From: Octopus bimaculoides
Lineage: Eukaryota
DNA length: 64,000 bases
Direction: 5' to 3'
NCBI RefSeq assembly: GCF_001194135.2
Contig: NC_068982.1
Coordinates: 117,220,692-117,284,691 of the forward strand
The translations under genes were made by a program, and so were the position numbers. Within the stretch, counting starts at the first letter, position 1; each line of letters begins with the position of its first letter. Positions 1 through 13,520 of this stretch are shown one piece after another. The notes under the pieces are model-generated. The model made no database searches. It saw nothing but the letters and a program-made list of their open reading frames with translations, and had not been told where the DNA came from.

Positions 1-689
1 ATTTGCAAATTGTACAAAAAAGACATCTCCGAGGTTTCAATAGTAGTCGCAGGTTTGGTATTTTTTCTGAATAAATCACACAGACAACAGAGCAAAACAT
101 TGTTATAAGTACTAAGAAGTACTTTGTAGATTTGTTATTTTATCGTATGTTAGTGCCGAAGAAGTATATTTAGGAGCTCCTTCGCCTCTCATCAAGAGGC
201 TATATTGAAACTAATATATCAATGCACGACTACACGGATGTAACGTCACCAAACTAATAAGTGGGCTTTTTTCCGTAAACTGACATCTCTGGTAGGACCA
301 CACTATATGGTATCTTGAGAAAGGGTGTTTTGCTTTAATATCAGGTCGCATTATGCTTTTTCGATGAAATTTGTTAGATAAAAAAACAGTCGGCGAGTTG
401 TACCTGTAATTCATATAACCAAATTTCTCAGACTGAGTAATTCTGAGAGTGGCAGAAGAATATATTAAATGTAAAGGTGTCTTCGGTATATTTGCACACT
501 GAAATTCAATCAGCAGGTAGTTCAGTTCTATTTGTTAGTTAGTAATTGGACAGATTAAGCCCATATACCATCGCAGAGAATTGTAGGAGTGTGGTGAGGA
601 GGAGAGAAGTAAGTACTTTCAAATTCGATACTTGCCTCCAACACATGAGTGGAGTGAATTCTTTTAGATGTGCTTAAGATGCCAGGAGG

Positions 690-970
690 CCTCATTACAC
701 AGGGCGACGGATTCAATCTACAACTCAATATGCCACGGCGGGATTTGAACTCACATTGCGAAAAAAAAAAAACAAAGAAAACATGAAGAAATACCACGAG
801 CTAACTTCGATATTTTTCCAGTTTCCCCAACTAACCGTTTTAGACTGACAGCACTGTAAGATAAAAGGTAAAATCGATCTCGGTGACATTTTAAACTCAG
901 AGCACTGATTGCCGGTACAAATAATATGTGGCATTTGATCTGATGCTCTAATGACTTTGCCAATTCGCTA
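690..970 (-). mobile_element. Degraded tRNA-derived SINE fragments (family A, MetaSINE-like)
   Basis: B-box complement ggatttgaactc near 741-752. 850-970 is the reverse complement of the family A head and body (tagcgaattggcaaagtcattag...gagtttaaaatgtcaccgagatcgattttaccttt), matching the copies at 3006 and 23771. Confidence 0.6.
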
Positions 971-1197
971 TAACTGAATACTCACCAGCCATACCGACGG
1001 ATATTCATTTCCTGATTATTAGAAAAAAATCATCAACTTAAAACTAAAGTGAGTTGCCAGTCTCAGACAAAAGCTATGCATCCAGTATTTTTAATATTAT
1101 TTTCAACGTACAATCAGTATTGAGTTTTTGCTTTTAAGTCAGTAATATTTAGTTTACATATGTACATAAATCTATGAATCAAACAATCCGACATACA

Positions 1198-1215
1198 TTT
1201 CTCTCTCTCTTTCTT

Positions 1216-1246
<31 letters not shown>

Positions 1247-1263
1247 CTCTCTCTCTCTTTCTT

Positions 1264-1312
<49 letters not shown>

Positions 1313-1396
1313 GCCTGTTTTTTTTCTGTCTGACTATCTGTCTGTCTCCTTGTATGTTTGTCTGTATGTGTGTCTGTCTATCTGTTTGTACGTGTG

Positions 1397-1468
<72 letters not shown>

Positions 1469-1720
1469 CTGTCCGTCAGTCTAGATGTCTGTCTGGATGT
1501 CTGTCTGCCTGTCTGTCTGTAGGTGTGTGTCTATTTGACTGTCTATCTATCTGCCTATCTAGCTGTCTGTCTTCTGTCTGTCTATAGGTAGGTAAGAATA
1601 TACGTGTATACATGTGTATGTGTTTGCATTTGTGTGTGCGTCTGTGTGTGTGTATGTGTGTATGTATGTGTATGTTTATGCTTGTGTGTGGGTATGTGCA
1701 GATATACTACGTATTTAGAT
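1198..1720. repeat. Compound microsatellite (CT)n/(TCTA)n/(TCTG)n/(TG)n
   Basis: Visible directly; explains the spurious ORF 1174-1587. Confidence 0.97.
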
Positions 1721-2439
1721 ATCTATGTATACGTCTTGGAAAGGTAGAATATATTCCCTGATATACTACAGAAAAAATTGGGTCTAAAAACTAAATATTT
1801 TCAGTAACATTTCGAATTATAAGTGTATCTTAAATATATTCAGATGGGTGGTACTTCTAGGTTAATTTTAACGTGAAAATGTTTTGAGTGACTGTGGTGG
1901 AGGTGGTGTGGTCTGAACAGAATATCATGAAGAAAATAATATAAATGTTTATGCACAAAGTATGGTAAGCACGAATAGAAAAGAAACGGAAGGGGCGTGG
2001 AAATATGATGAGGTACAATGATGGATGTTTATTGAGAAAAAAAAAATATTAATATGATTTAGTATGGCGTTTGTGCCAGTGTTATTCAGGATTGAATTTG
2101 TCAACGCTACTCAGAGCAGTTGCTGTGGCACTGTTCCTGTATCATTTGATATTGTCCTTATATAATATTCGTGTTTGTGTTAGCGTGAAGTGGTTTAGAT
2201 AATTTAAAAGAGTATATAATTTCCCCACCTCCTCTAGGTTTATATATTGTTCGGATACCACAAATAAATCACACATTTAGAATCACAATAACTTCCTTAA
2301 TGTTGCGAGTAATCTTAAATTTCAGTTAAATTAATGAAATTCTTCAAAAGACTGGAGTTGTCTTCCTTTGCATTGACAAGGTTTGATTAGCAATACATGT
2401 CAGCTTTTATTTTCATTTTCTGTCTAGAAAGTTGACCAG

Positions 2440-2948
2440 AATTAGTTATTTTAGTTATTTTCTTTTGTTCACTACCAGTGAACTAAGGTAACATCCCTTA
2501 TTTTTCGAGCAGCATCAGGTATATTCAAGCGGTTCCAATCAGTACTGTTTTCTGCAAGTGCCCCACTCTTATTGCAGCTCCTATTTGTTCCATGTACTTA
2601 TCAAGATGTTTACTCACTGTTCCCAGGGATCCAACAATTATTGGTACTACTACCACCTTTTTCAGCGACCACAACTGCTTAACCTCCCAAGTTATCCTGT
2701 CATATCTATCGATTTTTCTTTCTTCTTTATCGCATACCTTGCTGTCGGCTGGGCATGCTATATCTATCGTTTGCTTTCCATCTCAGTTAAGACTATTTCT
2801 GGTTTCCTATTCTCTATCTCATGGTCGCACTGAATCATAAAATCCCATAGGATCTTTGCATTATCATTTTCGATGATGTCTTCGGGTTTATGTTCGTACC
2901 ACTTTTTGCTCTCTCAAGTCCATATTTGCTGCAAAGTGTCGAAAATTT
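2440..2948 (-). mobile_element. 5'-truncated R4/Dong-type non-LTR retrotransposon (RLE domain plus 3' UTR), decayed
   Basis: Minus-strand translation with frameshifts: KWYEHKPEDIIENDNAKILWDFMIQCDHEIENRKPEIVL...IDIACPADSKVCDKEERKIDRYD...WSLKKVVVVPIIVGSLG...HLQKTVLIGTA, the PD..D..K type restriction-like endonuclease. Its 5' junction abuts the (TAA)n tract at 2957-2994. Confidence 0.9.
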
Positions 2949-2956
2949 TATGAGCT

Positions 2957-2958
2957 AA

Positions 2959-2993
<35 letters not shown>

Positions 2994-2994
2994 G
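2957..2994. repeat. (TTA)n/(TAA)n microsatellite between an R4-type element and a SINE
   Basis: Visible directly. Confidence 0.97.
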
Positions 2995-3005
2995 GTACAA
3001 ACATA

Positions 3006-3220
3006 AGGCAGCGAGATGGCAGAATCGTAGCAAGCTGGCTAAAATGCTTAGTGGCATTTCACCCGCCTTTAAAATCTGAATTCAAATTCCACAGAATTTG
3101 ATTCTTCTTTTCATCCTTCGAAGTCGAAAAATAAGCTGCAGTTGAGCACTGGATCGGTATCATTGACTTACTCTGTCCTCCGAAAATGCTGGCCTTGTGC
3201 CAATATTTGAACCCATTATT
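3006..3220 (+). mobile_element. tRNA-derived SINE, family A (MetaSINE-like)
   Basis: Head ggcagcgagatggcagaatcg (A-box-like) and gaattcaaattcc (B-box-like). Central ttttcatccttcgaagtcgaaaaataagctgcag resembles the Meta domain (CCTTCCATCCTTCCGAGGTCGGTAAAATGAGTACCCAG, recalled). Tail ggccttgtgccaatatttgaacccattatt is shared with other copies in the window. Confidence 0.85.
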
Positions 3221-4639
3221 CCGTTTGAACAGTGCATTACATATGTTGGTGGATACTACTTTATTTTATGCTGAATGGGGAGTCTCAGTTAATACCACAG
3301 GATCTTGAAACGATTTTCTTTCCACAGTTCGTCTCTGAGAAACGCATAGCACCTCTAATACTCATATTTTCGATCCGTTCGCTCGAAAAGAGACGAATAT
3401 ATCGATAAACCTGCGCAAAAACTGTTTAGCGATTCATTGTTTTTCCTTTGTCGCGGGAAAGTCTCACAGTGACACATGCCAGGGTAAAGCAAAAGGGTTA
3501 AAATGATTTGTGTGTGATATACAGAAATTGAGACATAGTAGAAGAGTGTATTTAGAGATAGATTGTGGTGAAAGGTATGATATTTTTGTGAGTAAGGTTA
3601 CAGTGTGTTCGGCCATCAAAAACGTGACGTTTTTGGATCTATGCAAGAATTAAAATGTACGTAACAATAATTTCAATGCAAATGGTAGTTTTATATATAC
3701 CGAGAAAATATGTTACCACATTTGTAAGGGGCATATTTTATATCATATGATTTCTCATGAAATGATTTATAATCGATGTCGTGTCTGTATTTTAGTTTGT
3801 TAAACGCTACTACGACATCGTACTAATCTATGAAAGACACACGCATACACATTGATACACATACACTAACACGGAAACACACACTCACACACGAATAAAA
3901 ACAGTCATTTCTCTCTTTCTCTCTCTATCTCTCTCTCACACAAACACTCACATACGCATAAAAACAGTTACCTCTCTCTCTCACACACACATATACATAC
4001 ACACACACACTGACACATACACATACCGACCCCACACACAGACTGATCACAATTTCATAGTTTATTTTGTGCTGAAATTTAAACGTCTGACAAGTATTCC
4101 TTTTCATCCGTCTTTCATAATTTACCGTAAACAACTAAAACTCTATCGTAAAAGGATTATTGTATTGAAGCTGCAACGATAAATCATAAACATTTCGTTG
4201 CACAACCATTAGATAGATGCTGAGTTTTAACTCTACGCTCTGTTTGACTTATCACTAATATGTATAAGCAAACTGAAATAAAAGTCAAACATCGCTAGGT
4301 TTCTACTGAATTGTTTGTGAAAATAAAAGAAAATATTAATACAGCTTGTGTCAAACATTACCGATAATCATTGATATTGGTATGTAGCTTGATTAATAAT
4401 TATGTATAAATGACTTCTTCTCGTAATTATCGACACATATAAATGAAGGTATTTCTATCGTCGAAGACATTATGATCTGTTGATACCTGTTTGGTGATAG
4501 GATTAATGGAAATGGTGTGGTTTTATTCTTTAGTGGGTAACACGTATTACTTTTGACATCATCAACTATTTTCGAATTCAAAGAATTCTGTTGCAATACA
4601 AGCTGCTAATTTCGTTGGTATGAATGAAACAAATTACCA

Positions 4640-4684
<45 letters not shown>

Positions 4685-5879
4685 ACTTATGCTACAAATT
4701 CAAAATCAAGTATATTTCAGCTACTGTGGGAAATATAAATAAGGACCATTTCGGTCAATTGGATTATCATTATCCTGTTCTAGATCTGTGACGCATTCAT
4801 AATCATTATCATGCTTAACTACTTGCATTAATTTGGATTGATATGTACTTTATTATTTTTGTTTATGTTGGACGTTGATGTGGCAATACCAAAAGTCAGT
4901 TTGCATTACCTCCAAAACGTGGAACCGATTAGATTCTGGACCGTATAAATATACAGAGAAAATCAAAGCCAAAAGCAAGTTAGGAGCATAAATGACAGTA
5001 TAGAAGAAAAAGACGGAAATGACAGTATAGATGAGAAAGATGGAATTACTGATGCAGGAGTTAGGTTGGAATACATGTGAGATGAAAGGGATTTTTTCAA
5101 AAGATGTAAACATAATATAGTAGTTGTGGGCTGATAAGTGAATAATTCCCAATTAACTTAATGCTTATTTTTAATGTTTCCATAATGGCAACTGATGTCT
5201 GTCTTTTCGAATTAGAATGTGTTTCGATGGTACGTATAAATATGACGTTTGTAGTTTAACATCTTTACTTCCTCAGATAAATGAGACATGCCCTAATACC
5301 TTATGTAGTACTGAATATACTGTGTTCACCGAATAGGACTCAAGTAAATAAAAAGAACAAATATTCCACAATGTGATAATTTCCATTTGTAAATATTCAT
5401 ATATAATAATAAGACATTTACCAGACAGAAGAAAAGTGCATAATCTGAATAATATATCGACAAAGAAAATCGCTTTACAGTTGTTTCTCAATAAACACAC
5501 ATCACTGCATCTCATCATATTTTCATGTCCCTTCCGTTTCTTCCTGCTTGTGTTTGTCATGCCTTGTACATATCCGTTCATATTATTTTCATGATATTCT
5601 GTTTAGCATTCCCCCCCACCCACAAACCCGCCAAAAGGTTTCACGATGAAATTAATATAGATGTGCATCAAGACGTACGACCCATCAGAATATATTTAAG
5701 AAAAGTGTGTAGAACTTGGTACCATGCACCATGTTTTTAATAATTGGTTTAGACCTTGATAATTAATTAATTGGTTTAGACCTTAAGTATTTGCGAGAAG
5801 ATGTAGACACCCTCCCGAGCCACATATTCATTATCCTTTATCCAATTGAACATTGAGATTGTGACAGTTGGCGGAAGAA

Positions 5880-6046
5880 AGGTCTACACGAGTGCTAGGC
5901 TCGTACAAATTTTGAACCAAAAACTTGTTATAATGTGAAAAGAAGCGCCTTGGCCAAGGATTCAGCCCCTTCCGGTTCAGCATTCGAACCCCAAATCCTA
6001 TGATGGTAATCTGAAAATGATAAACGATTAGATCACGTGCCTACCA
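5880..6046 (-). mobile_element. Old tRNA-derived SINE head
   Basis: Reverse complement reads tggtaggcacgtgatctaatcg...ggggttcgaatgc (B box)...ccttggccaagg, similar to the head/CORE start of family B. Confidence 0.55.
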
Positions 6047-6160
6047 TCCCTCTCTCTCTCCATCGATCCATTGAGCAATCGATAGATCGGTCCATGCATG
6101 TATGCATCCTTCATTCAATCATCCTGAATGTGTTAAATATTGAGAATATTATGAGAGATT

Positions 6161-6310
6161 AAGGCGCTGAGATGGCAGTATCGTTAAAACACTGCGCTAA
6201 TTAATTAGTGACATTTTGTCCGTCTTACCTAGGCTCGATAAAATAAGTACCAGTAGAACACTGGGGTCGATGCTATTACTGCCTCTGGCCAAAATTTGGA
6301 ATCAATATTA
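6161..6310 (+). mobile_element. SINE family A, internally deleted copy
   Basis: aaggcgctgagatggcagtatcgtta head joined to ctcgataaaataagtaccagtagaacactggggtcgat and an aaaatttggaatcaatatta tail. Confidence 0.8.
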
Positions 6311-9300
6311 CTTGAGAGATCCTTGCCTCTGCAATAAAGAGTACAAAGCTGGAATCTATGAAATGATATCATTTGTTCGAAACGGAAATAACACAATCAG
6401 AAAGCTGTTAAAACAATGTTTCAGACTAAATTCTACAGGATGTGGTCAATTTAGGACAAGTGCAGAGATAAAACTTGATTTTCTAATTTCGAGTGAAGGA
6501 ATTAGTTCGAAACTTCATAATTTTCTCCTACGCAGATTTCGTTCCACACAATTTCCGCCTACAAAATTTCAGTGTGAAGTTTTTGGTCAACGTAAGACTA
6601 ATTCATAGAAGACAATTGTGCTAGGTATCAAGATTAAATACATAAATCACGTTCTTGAAATGTGAAATTCTTTAGTAAATATACTAAACGTCAAATAAAG
6701 CATGTATTACAGTTCATACGTTGGAATTATTTTGTCTTGGGTTTCATTATTATTTTTGAAAGACTTTTATGCTAGCATCCAAACATATTTATTCTAGAAA
6801 GCTTACAGCTCGACCATAGTATTTAAACATTCCTAACTGGTATAACTGATATACGTATCTTTTGTGTCGACATCGATTACATAACAATTTTCTTTTGATT
6901 TTTGATTAAACATAAAGGGATCTATGAAAAAGGTTTCAAAGAAGGCAGTCGGATTCAGCTAATCGTGGATTGACTGATTGGAGTCATCATTATTTCTTTA
7001 CAATGTGTGCTAGACTCTGTCAGTATCACAGTGTCTACTAACTTACTTTATTTACGTTAAAAAGTAATGGAAACTTTGTCTATTACTAAAAACTGCACAC
7101 TTTCAACTCTTAATGAACATATTAGCTTTTACTTCTCTGAAACATAAGTATTATAAAAATATATGGAAACTATGGAGCAGTCGTTAGATCTAGTAACATG
7201 ATCTAGTATCAATTTTTGAACATATGTTTCTAACCAAAAATCCTATAGTTTTTAACCCAATGAAAGTAATTTTGAGATGTCCGAATTCTCGATGACATTC
7301 TTCAATATAATAAATTCTCTTATAAGATTTATATATTTCTATTTTATGTATTTGTATACTATATATTCCGAAAGAAAAATCAAATTCTGCAGAGTCTGCA
7401 AGAGTTTGGCAGTAAAAATTCAATAAATTATACAATTTCATGCTATGAAAAGTCGAAATGAAAGTCATAATCATATAAAATAAAAGTATAAATCTAATAT
7501 TGTGCCACTTCGAAATACTTTTCTTAATAAATGAATAAATGAAATAAGACATAATCAAAAACAAGAAATAGTCTATTAAGTATTATGTAGATTTCCAAAA
7601 TCATTTTTCCTAAACTTAGAACAAGCGTATTCTTTTATTGAAGTACGAAAAACAGAAGAAATGACGTTCATTCTATTCTCTACAAGAGCACTAGATTATG
7701 CTAGAAATCTATTCTCATCAAACGCATTGTGTTAGAAATAGATTGTGCTAGAAATCAAAACCTGTTTCTCCTGCTTGGTTCAGAGTGAGAGGAGAGTGTA
7801 CCTCTTACGGTGATGTATTGCACTGATCACATATGAAACTTGGCTTAAAATCTGACGGAAAGATTATACTGAATCATTCTTTTAAGTACTGTTTATCTGT
7901 CAGATATAACAACTTCAAATTGTTACTGCTAATTATAATAGCTGCCAAAAATGAAATGACGATCGTTCTATTAAACAAAATTACATAAAAACATTTCAGA
8001 AAAATGTTATTAGAAAATGTGTTGCAAAAACAAAAAGAGAATGTATTTATTAAATACGATTTGATAAAAGGCTTCGTCATAGCGTAACACTCGAGGCAGT
8101 ATTGATCATCTTTAAGAAAAACGAAAAACAAACAACTTCAATTGTTTTTTTTTTACGCCATTGTAATTGTGAGGCGTGGGTTCAACTCTTATTTCCATTC
8201 ATTGAAGATGTGCGATAATAAAAGGTTGCCATTACACTCTTACATATTTTGTAACGAACCCTATGATTAACAAAGAGTTGACTTATAAAATCTCCCGGAA
8301 CATCAATGATAAGTTAATACGCTGTCAGTATTATGATATTAGTCAGTGATCGGAATATCATATAATACTTACAATGCTTTCATAGATGTTCATCTGCATG
8401 AGATAAAAAACAAAAGCAAACAGAAAAAAAATAGCAACAAACAAGCATACAAATGGTGTATCAGGGAGAATAATGCAGATATCAGCGTACATAAAATAAC
8501 AGACTATCATAAAAGGGACAGTCTCACGTTTATGAGACAAATCTGGAAGTTTGAAAATAGAGTTAAAAGCTGAGACTACGTTGTTAGGGCTTATACATAA
8601 ATGCTAATCCATAAAGCCCAGAGGAGATGGAGAAGTCAGTACTCTAAGAGCGATTTAGTGGTATTGCATCCAATAATGTTATCGACTAGATGTGGGCCAT
8701 TGAATGATAAATGATTTTGTTACGGTTATTGCGATTCTGAAAAAGAAAGCCAAAACTAGCTTTCCTGTGTGGTACTATAACGTAATCAGGATAGTGGCAG
8801 AATTATAATAGAACAATACCGGAAACGTATACGGCAATATGCCAATGGCCAACATATAATTTCTTTTTCTCGTTTCCTATGTTGCGAACGAAAGCCATGA
8901 CCCATGGTGCACTGTGTTTATGGGCAAAGAATAATTTTACAAGCTCGTTTCCTAGGCTCTAAAGAAGTTAACTGCAGTAGAAAAAACATCGATGTTTTAA
9001 ACAATATAAGCTCCGGATAAAAGCTTCATCTTGTATTCCTGGTCTCATATTTTTTATCGTTCACATGTGTAAAAAGCAAACCTACTTTAGTTTATGTCTT
9101 CACCGCATCATAGGAGTTCCAACACAAGTAAACTCATCTGGAGTTTCATGTCACAAGCCGTTTAAATTGCTCTAAGACGAAATTAGAACATCTGAAGAGG
9201 AAAAACTCAATCGATTCATTGACTGAAAAGAGCTTTCTATCCTAGTAATATATATTACTCATGTAGCTATCAATATTTAAAAGTTTCTCGTTTGATTTCT

Positions 9301-10344
9301 TTAGTAAGTTAGGAAAAGCTAAGCATAATCAATAACGCATCGAACTAACTCCAATGAGTCTTGTTAACGGGAATTTTAGTCCACTGTCTCAGGGTAAGAT
9401 ATGATATATGTAAACCCACGTAGCAGACATACATACAGGGAAAGTTTGAATATCTCTCTGTATTTTTTATGTATGTATACATACCACAACGCGCATGCAT
9501 AAACAGGTACTCACATACATTTCTGAGGAAACATATGAACATTTGGGAGCGAAGTTAAAGCCGCAATGCATAGATATAACCAAAGGATGAATATAAGAAT
9601 CAGTTGCCTAGATTGCAGTACATGCATCTCTGTATCGCAACTTGAGGTTACAAGACATCTTTTTGGTAGAAGCCGTAGCAAACCTCCTATATAAGTGCTG
9701 TGTCGACGACCCCAGGCGAAGAAGTAGGATCTCCCAAGACATATAATTAGAGGTAGTATGGCCATGTTAGGTGTGTTGAGTAGCAGTCGAGTAGCAGTTG
9801 TGTAGCCTTTGCGTAGAGATCATCCGAAGGTGCTAGATAGCAGTAGCTTGATACATAACAATAAGCTTATTTTCAATGGTAATGTATATAAATATCAATT
9901 ATTGCCTGAAAGTCTTGATATTCTCGTTCAATAAAATCTGAGCGAGTTGTTTGTGTCTAGAATTAATTCTCAGTGCAGAAATATGCTTAAATAATATTTT
10001 TGCTCAGCAGTTGATATGTCCTGAACGACGAAAATGAGCTTTGGGTTCCTGGCACTCTTTCAGAGTTGAGCAACCAACAATGCATTACTGAGCTTCGTCT
10101 ACATTTCATTTAATCCTCACGAGGAATCATTGTGATACACCAACGCTGGCCCTTTGAACTGACTGCGTATAAGGTTCATCTGGCTTGTTGCTGCATTACT
10201 TTCGCTACGTGTCCACTTTCATTTACAAGGTGTTAGATGACCCAATATTAAGTTAAACTCTAGCTTAGTGTAACAAGAGAGTAATAAACGAGAGAGCTTC
10301 ATGGTTGCAATGTAAAATTTTTATTAATTTAACCATGTTTGCGT

Positions 10345-10600
10345 TGCAGAGGTGAAATGATTCAATAAGGTGACCACTACCTGGTCAGCTAACCTGCTAG
10401 AAATAGTAGCAATATCTATCCCGAATCACGCCCTAGTTTTTGTTTTTTTTTGTTATAAAGAAAGGGCATACTGGGACTTTTAGTCCGAGATTAATTACTG
10501 CTGAAAGGATACAGCAGAATGTCCTTCATGATAATATGCCTTCTCGATCAGAGCTGACATGGGACTAACCACAAGACGACAATGACAACCATTAACTCTG
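10345..10600 (+). mobile_element. Interspersed repeat, probable 3' half of a further SINE family
   Basis: ctacctggtcagctaacctgctagaaatagtagcaatatct...gatcagagctgacatgggactaaccacaagacgacaatgacaac with a degenerate CAA-like tail. A short diverged inverse match lies at about 47262-47295. The family assignment is from recall only. Confidence 0.45.
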
Positions 10601-13029
10601 TATCTAAAGTAACGGATATTTAAAACTACCAAAACAAATGTGCTGAAAGTTTAACGAACAGCACATTCTAATTGGCGTCTCTTAAATCATAGGTTTTAAT
10701 TTTTCATCAATGTTCATAACGAGTCTCTTAAAGGTTATAACCTTCGATTTCTTTCCAAACATTTAGAATCTTAATCTATTTAGCTAAATTAGCTGCTTCT
10801 AAGCTCCCTTTATCAACTTATTATTTATCTATAGGCTGCTATGTGTCCTTGTGCGACCTATGAAATTACCTACTAGAATGACTGAACGATAAAAAGGATT
10901 TCCGAACAATTTTCCGTTCTCACTACTATATCAACTCACACATGGTGATCTTTAATGACTGGCCAATGCTGTGTTACTTCTGATTCAACATATTGATCAA
11001 TATAACTCACTCCGAGTCACAAGAAACAGCTAAACGAGTGACCTGCACCATTTACAAAAATCACGATATTTCATCTGTTACTTCATTCAACCCACAGCTA
11101 TCAGAGGGGGCTAAGTGAGAGACCGATACCATCTACATAACACAAGCAGCATTCAATTGATTCCTGAGCAGTTTAAAATCATCTGTAGAATATCGCATAG
11201 TAGTAGTCTCAACTTGAGAGCTGCATAATAATACTGGAAACTGTAAAAGTGCTTTTTTTTGTTTTGTACATTGCGCAAGGTTTACTACCTCTTATAAGCT
11301 CTCTTGCACCAGGAATCTATCTAGCAGACTGTTATTAGACATTTTGGTTTATCCCTCTATATTTAAAATAAAAATTCCCTAGCGTTGGACATTGTTTTTC
11401 TACCTCTCAAAAAGTCATGACAATAAATATAAATATATGACAATCTGAACTCAATCGACGATAAAATTTAATCTACGGAGATTTTCCTTATGGTAAATCA
11501 AATGAAATCTCTTCCATTTACTTCACTCAGCCACTTCCTGTCTATTTCGCCCTACACATATACATACAGACTTACAAATACATGCAAAAAGATAATTCAT
11601 AGATATACACAATCACATTTACGCACACACACAGACAAACACACAAATACACACAAACACACATACACAGATAGACACATTCACATTAACGTATGTATCT
11701 ATATATATATATGTGTGTGTATATACGTACATAATCTTTCTCTATTTGACATCTTAAGTAGATATTTTTGTCTAAACATGTAATCAGATCCGAAACGGAT
11801 GTATCTAACTTGACAGGAATATTAAATTCTGAAACATTTACTTCAGTATATTTTCAGACACTAAACAATGGAAACAAGATTTTGAGAATAACTCCTAGTT
11901 TACATCTATCTGGCTTCCGACAAATCATATATATATATATATATATANNNNNNNNNNNNNNNNNNNNNNNNNNNNNNNNNNNNNNNNNNNNNNNNNNNNN
12001 NNNNNNNNNNNNNNNNNNNNNNNNNNNNNNNNNNNNNNNNNNNNNNNNNNNNNNNNNNNNNNNNNNNNNNNNNNNNNNNNNNNNNNNNNNNNNNNNNNNN
12101 NNNNNNNNNNNNNNNNNNNNNNNNNNNNNNNNNNNNNNNNNNNNNNNNNNNNNNNNNNNNNNNNNNNNNNNNNNNNNNNNNNNNNNNNNNNNNNNNNNNN
12201 NNNNNNNNNNNNNNNNNNNNNNNNNNNNNNNNNNNNNNNNNNNNNNNNNNNNNNNNNNNNNNNNNNNNNNNNNNNNNNNNNNNNNNNNNNNNNNNNNNNN
12301 NNNNNNNNNNNNNNNNNNNNNNAGAGAGAGAGAGAGAGATGCGTTTATTGAGGACAGCTTTTCCTTTGCCCATGTATTAAAATCATTACTTTAATCGAGA
12401 TCTTTCCATTTCATTAAATTTGTTTTTCACATTTTTGCATGATTCTCCACCAAATTGTTTAGAGCAGTAAATTTCCCAATCCCATCATCCGAAGAAATTT
12501 ATATTTCACTCTGTTTCTTTGCCTATTGACTTGGTCATCATGACTGATGTTGATATCGTTATTGAAATTTGAGTCTTGTGTTTTAGAATTTTCCTCTTTG
12601 ATTTCGATGTTTATTTGTTGTTTTTGCACAATGTATGTAGTCTAATGTAGTTATTTTTTTTATTATAAATAAATTTATTATTATTATGCTGTACTAAAAA
12701 TGTTTGCTTCCGCTATTATAGAAGTGAAATGTTTAGTATATATTTGCATTAATTTCGTTAAACATATTAATGTTCTCAACCCTAATGCAAAAAAAAAAAA
12801 ACCAAAGCCAAAGAAGACAATAACAAAGCAAAAACAAAAAAACAAAAAAACAAAAAAAAGAAACACCACTCACACTCAAATACCTCCTTACCTTCTAAGA
12901 TACAGAAAATTACACTCGAAAATACTCGATAATATATTTCGAAACAAGAAGTATCGACCTGGAACGCCTTTGATTCTTAATCTGCTATCTGAGGAGTGAT
13001 CTGTGATTTAAAATAATAATCCTGAAACT

Positions 13030-13520
13030 ATAAGACTAAAACGCTGCTTGTTGTCACAGTTGCCCTAGGAATCTAGGAATGATAGCAAAAGGAGATGAAT
13101 ACAATCTAGCTCAGATACAAGGAAATTCAAAAGATAGTGCTCATAGGAACTGTCCATATCCTACGTAAAATATTATCTATGTAATCCCCAAAATATTTTA
13201 ATCCGTAAACAGTGTCAAAATACTTTCAAATGTACTTAAGTTCAAACACTTCTTACTGTCATCGTGACATCAGACTATCATCATATAATAAAATTAGTTT
13301 TAAAACAAACTTCTAATTTACTTACGTTTTGATAGACATTATCTTGAAAACTTCTCTGTGCAAAATCACCCTAGTCATAGCACCATCTTGAACTTCTAAC
13401 TTGTCTCTTGAGGTCTCTGGGTGAGACTTGGAGACAACTTGTATAAATACAAAGCAAAAGCCAAATATATAATATTAAATACATGATAAAAACAAATAAA
13501 AGAACAACAACAATAATAAT
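13030..13520 (+). mobile_element. R4/Dong-type element, 3' fragment (end of RLE plus 3' UTR)
   Basis: Frameshifted KTKTLLVVTVALG...MIAKGDEYNLAQIQG...EIQKIVLIGTVHILRKILSM*. The 3' UTR (ctcttgaggtctctgggtgagacttggagacaacttgta) is nearly identical to 17482-17520 and ends in aacaacaacaataataat. Confidence 0.88.

Noticed and set aside
5611-5740. Open frame AFPPTHKPAKRFHDEINIDVHQDVRPIRIYLRKVCRTWYHAPCF* after an acceptor-like tag
   Set aside because: No recognisable motif, and the length is within chance expectation.
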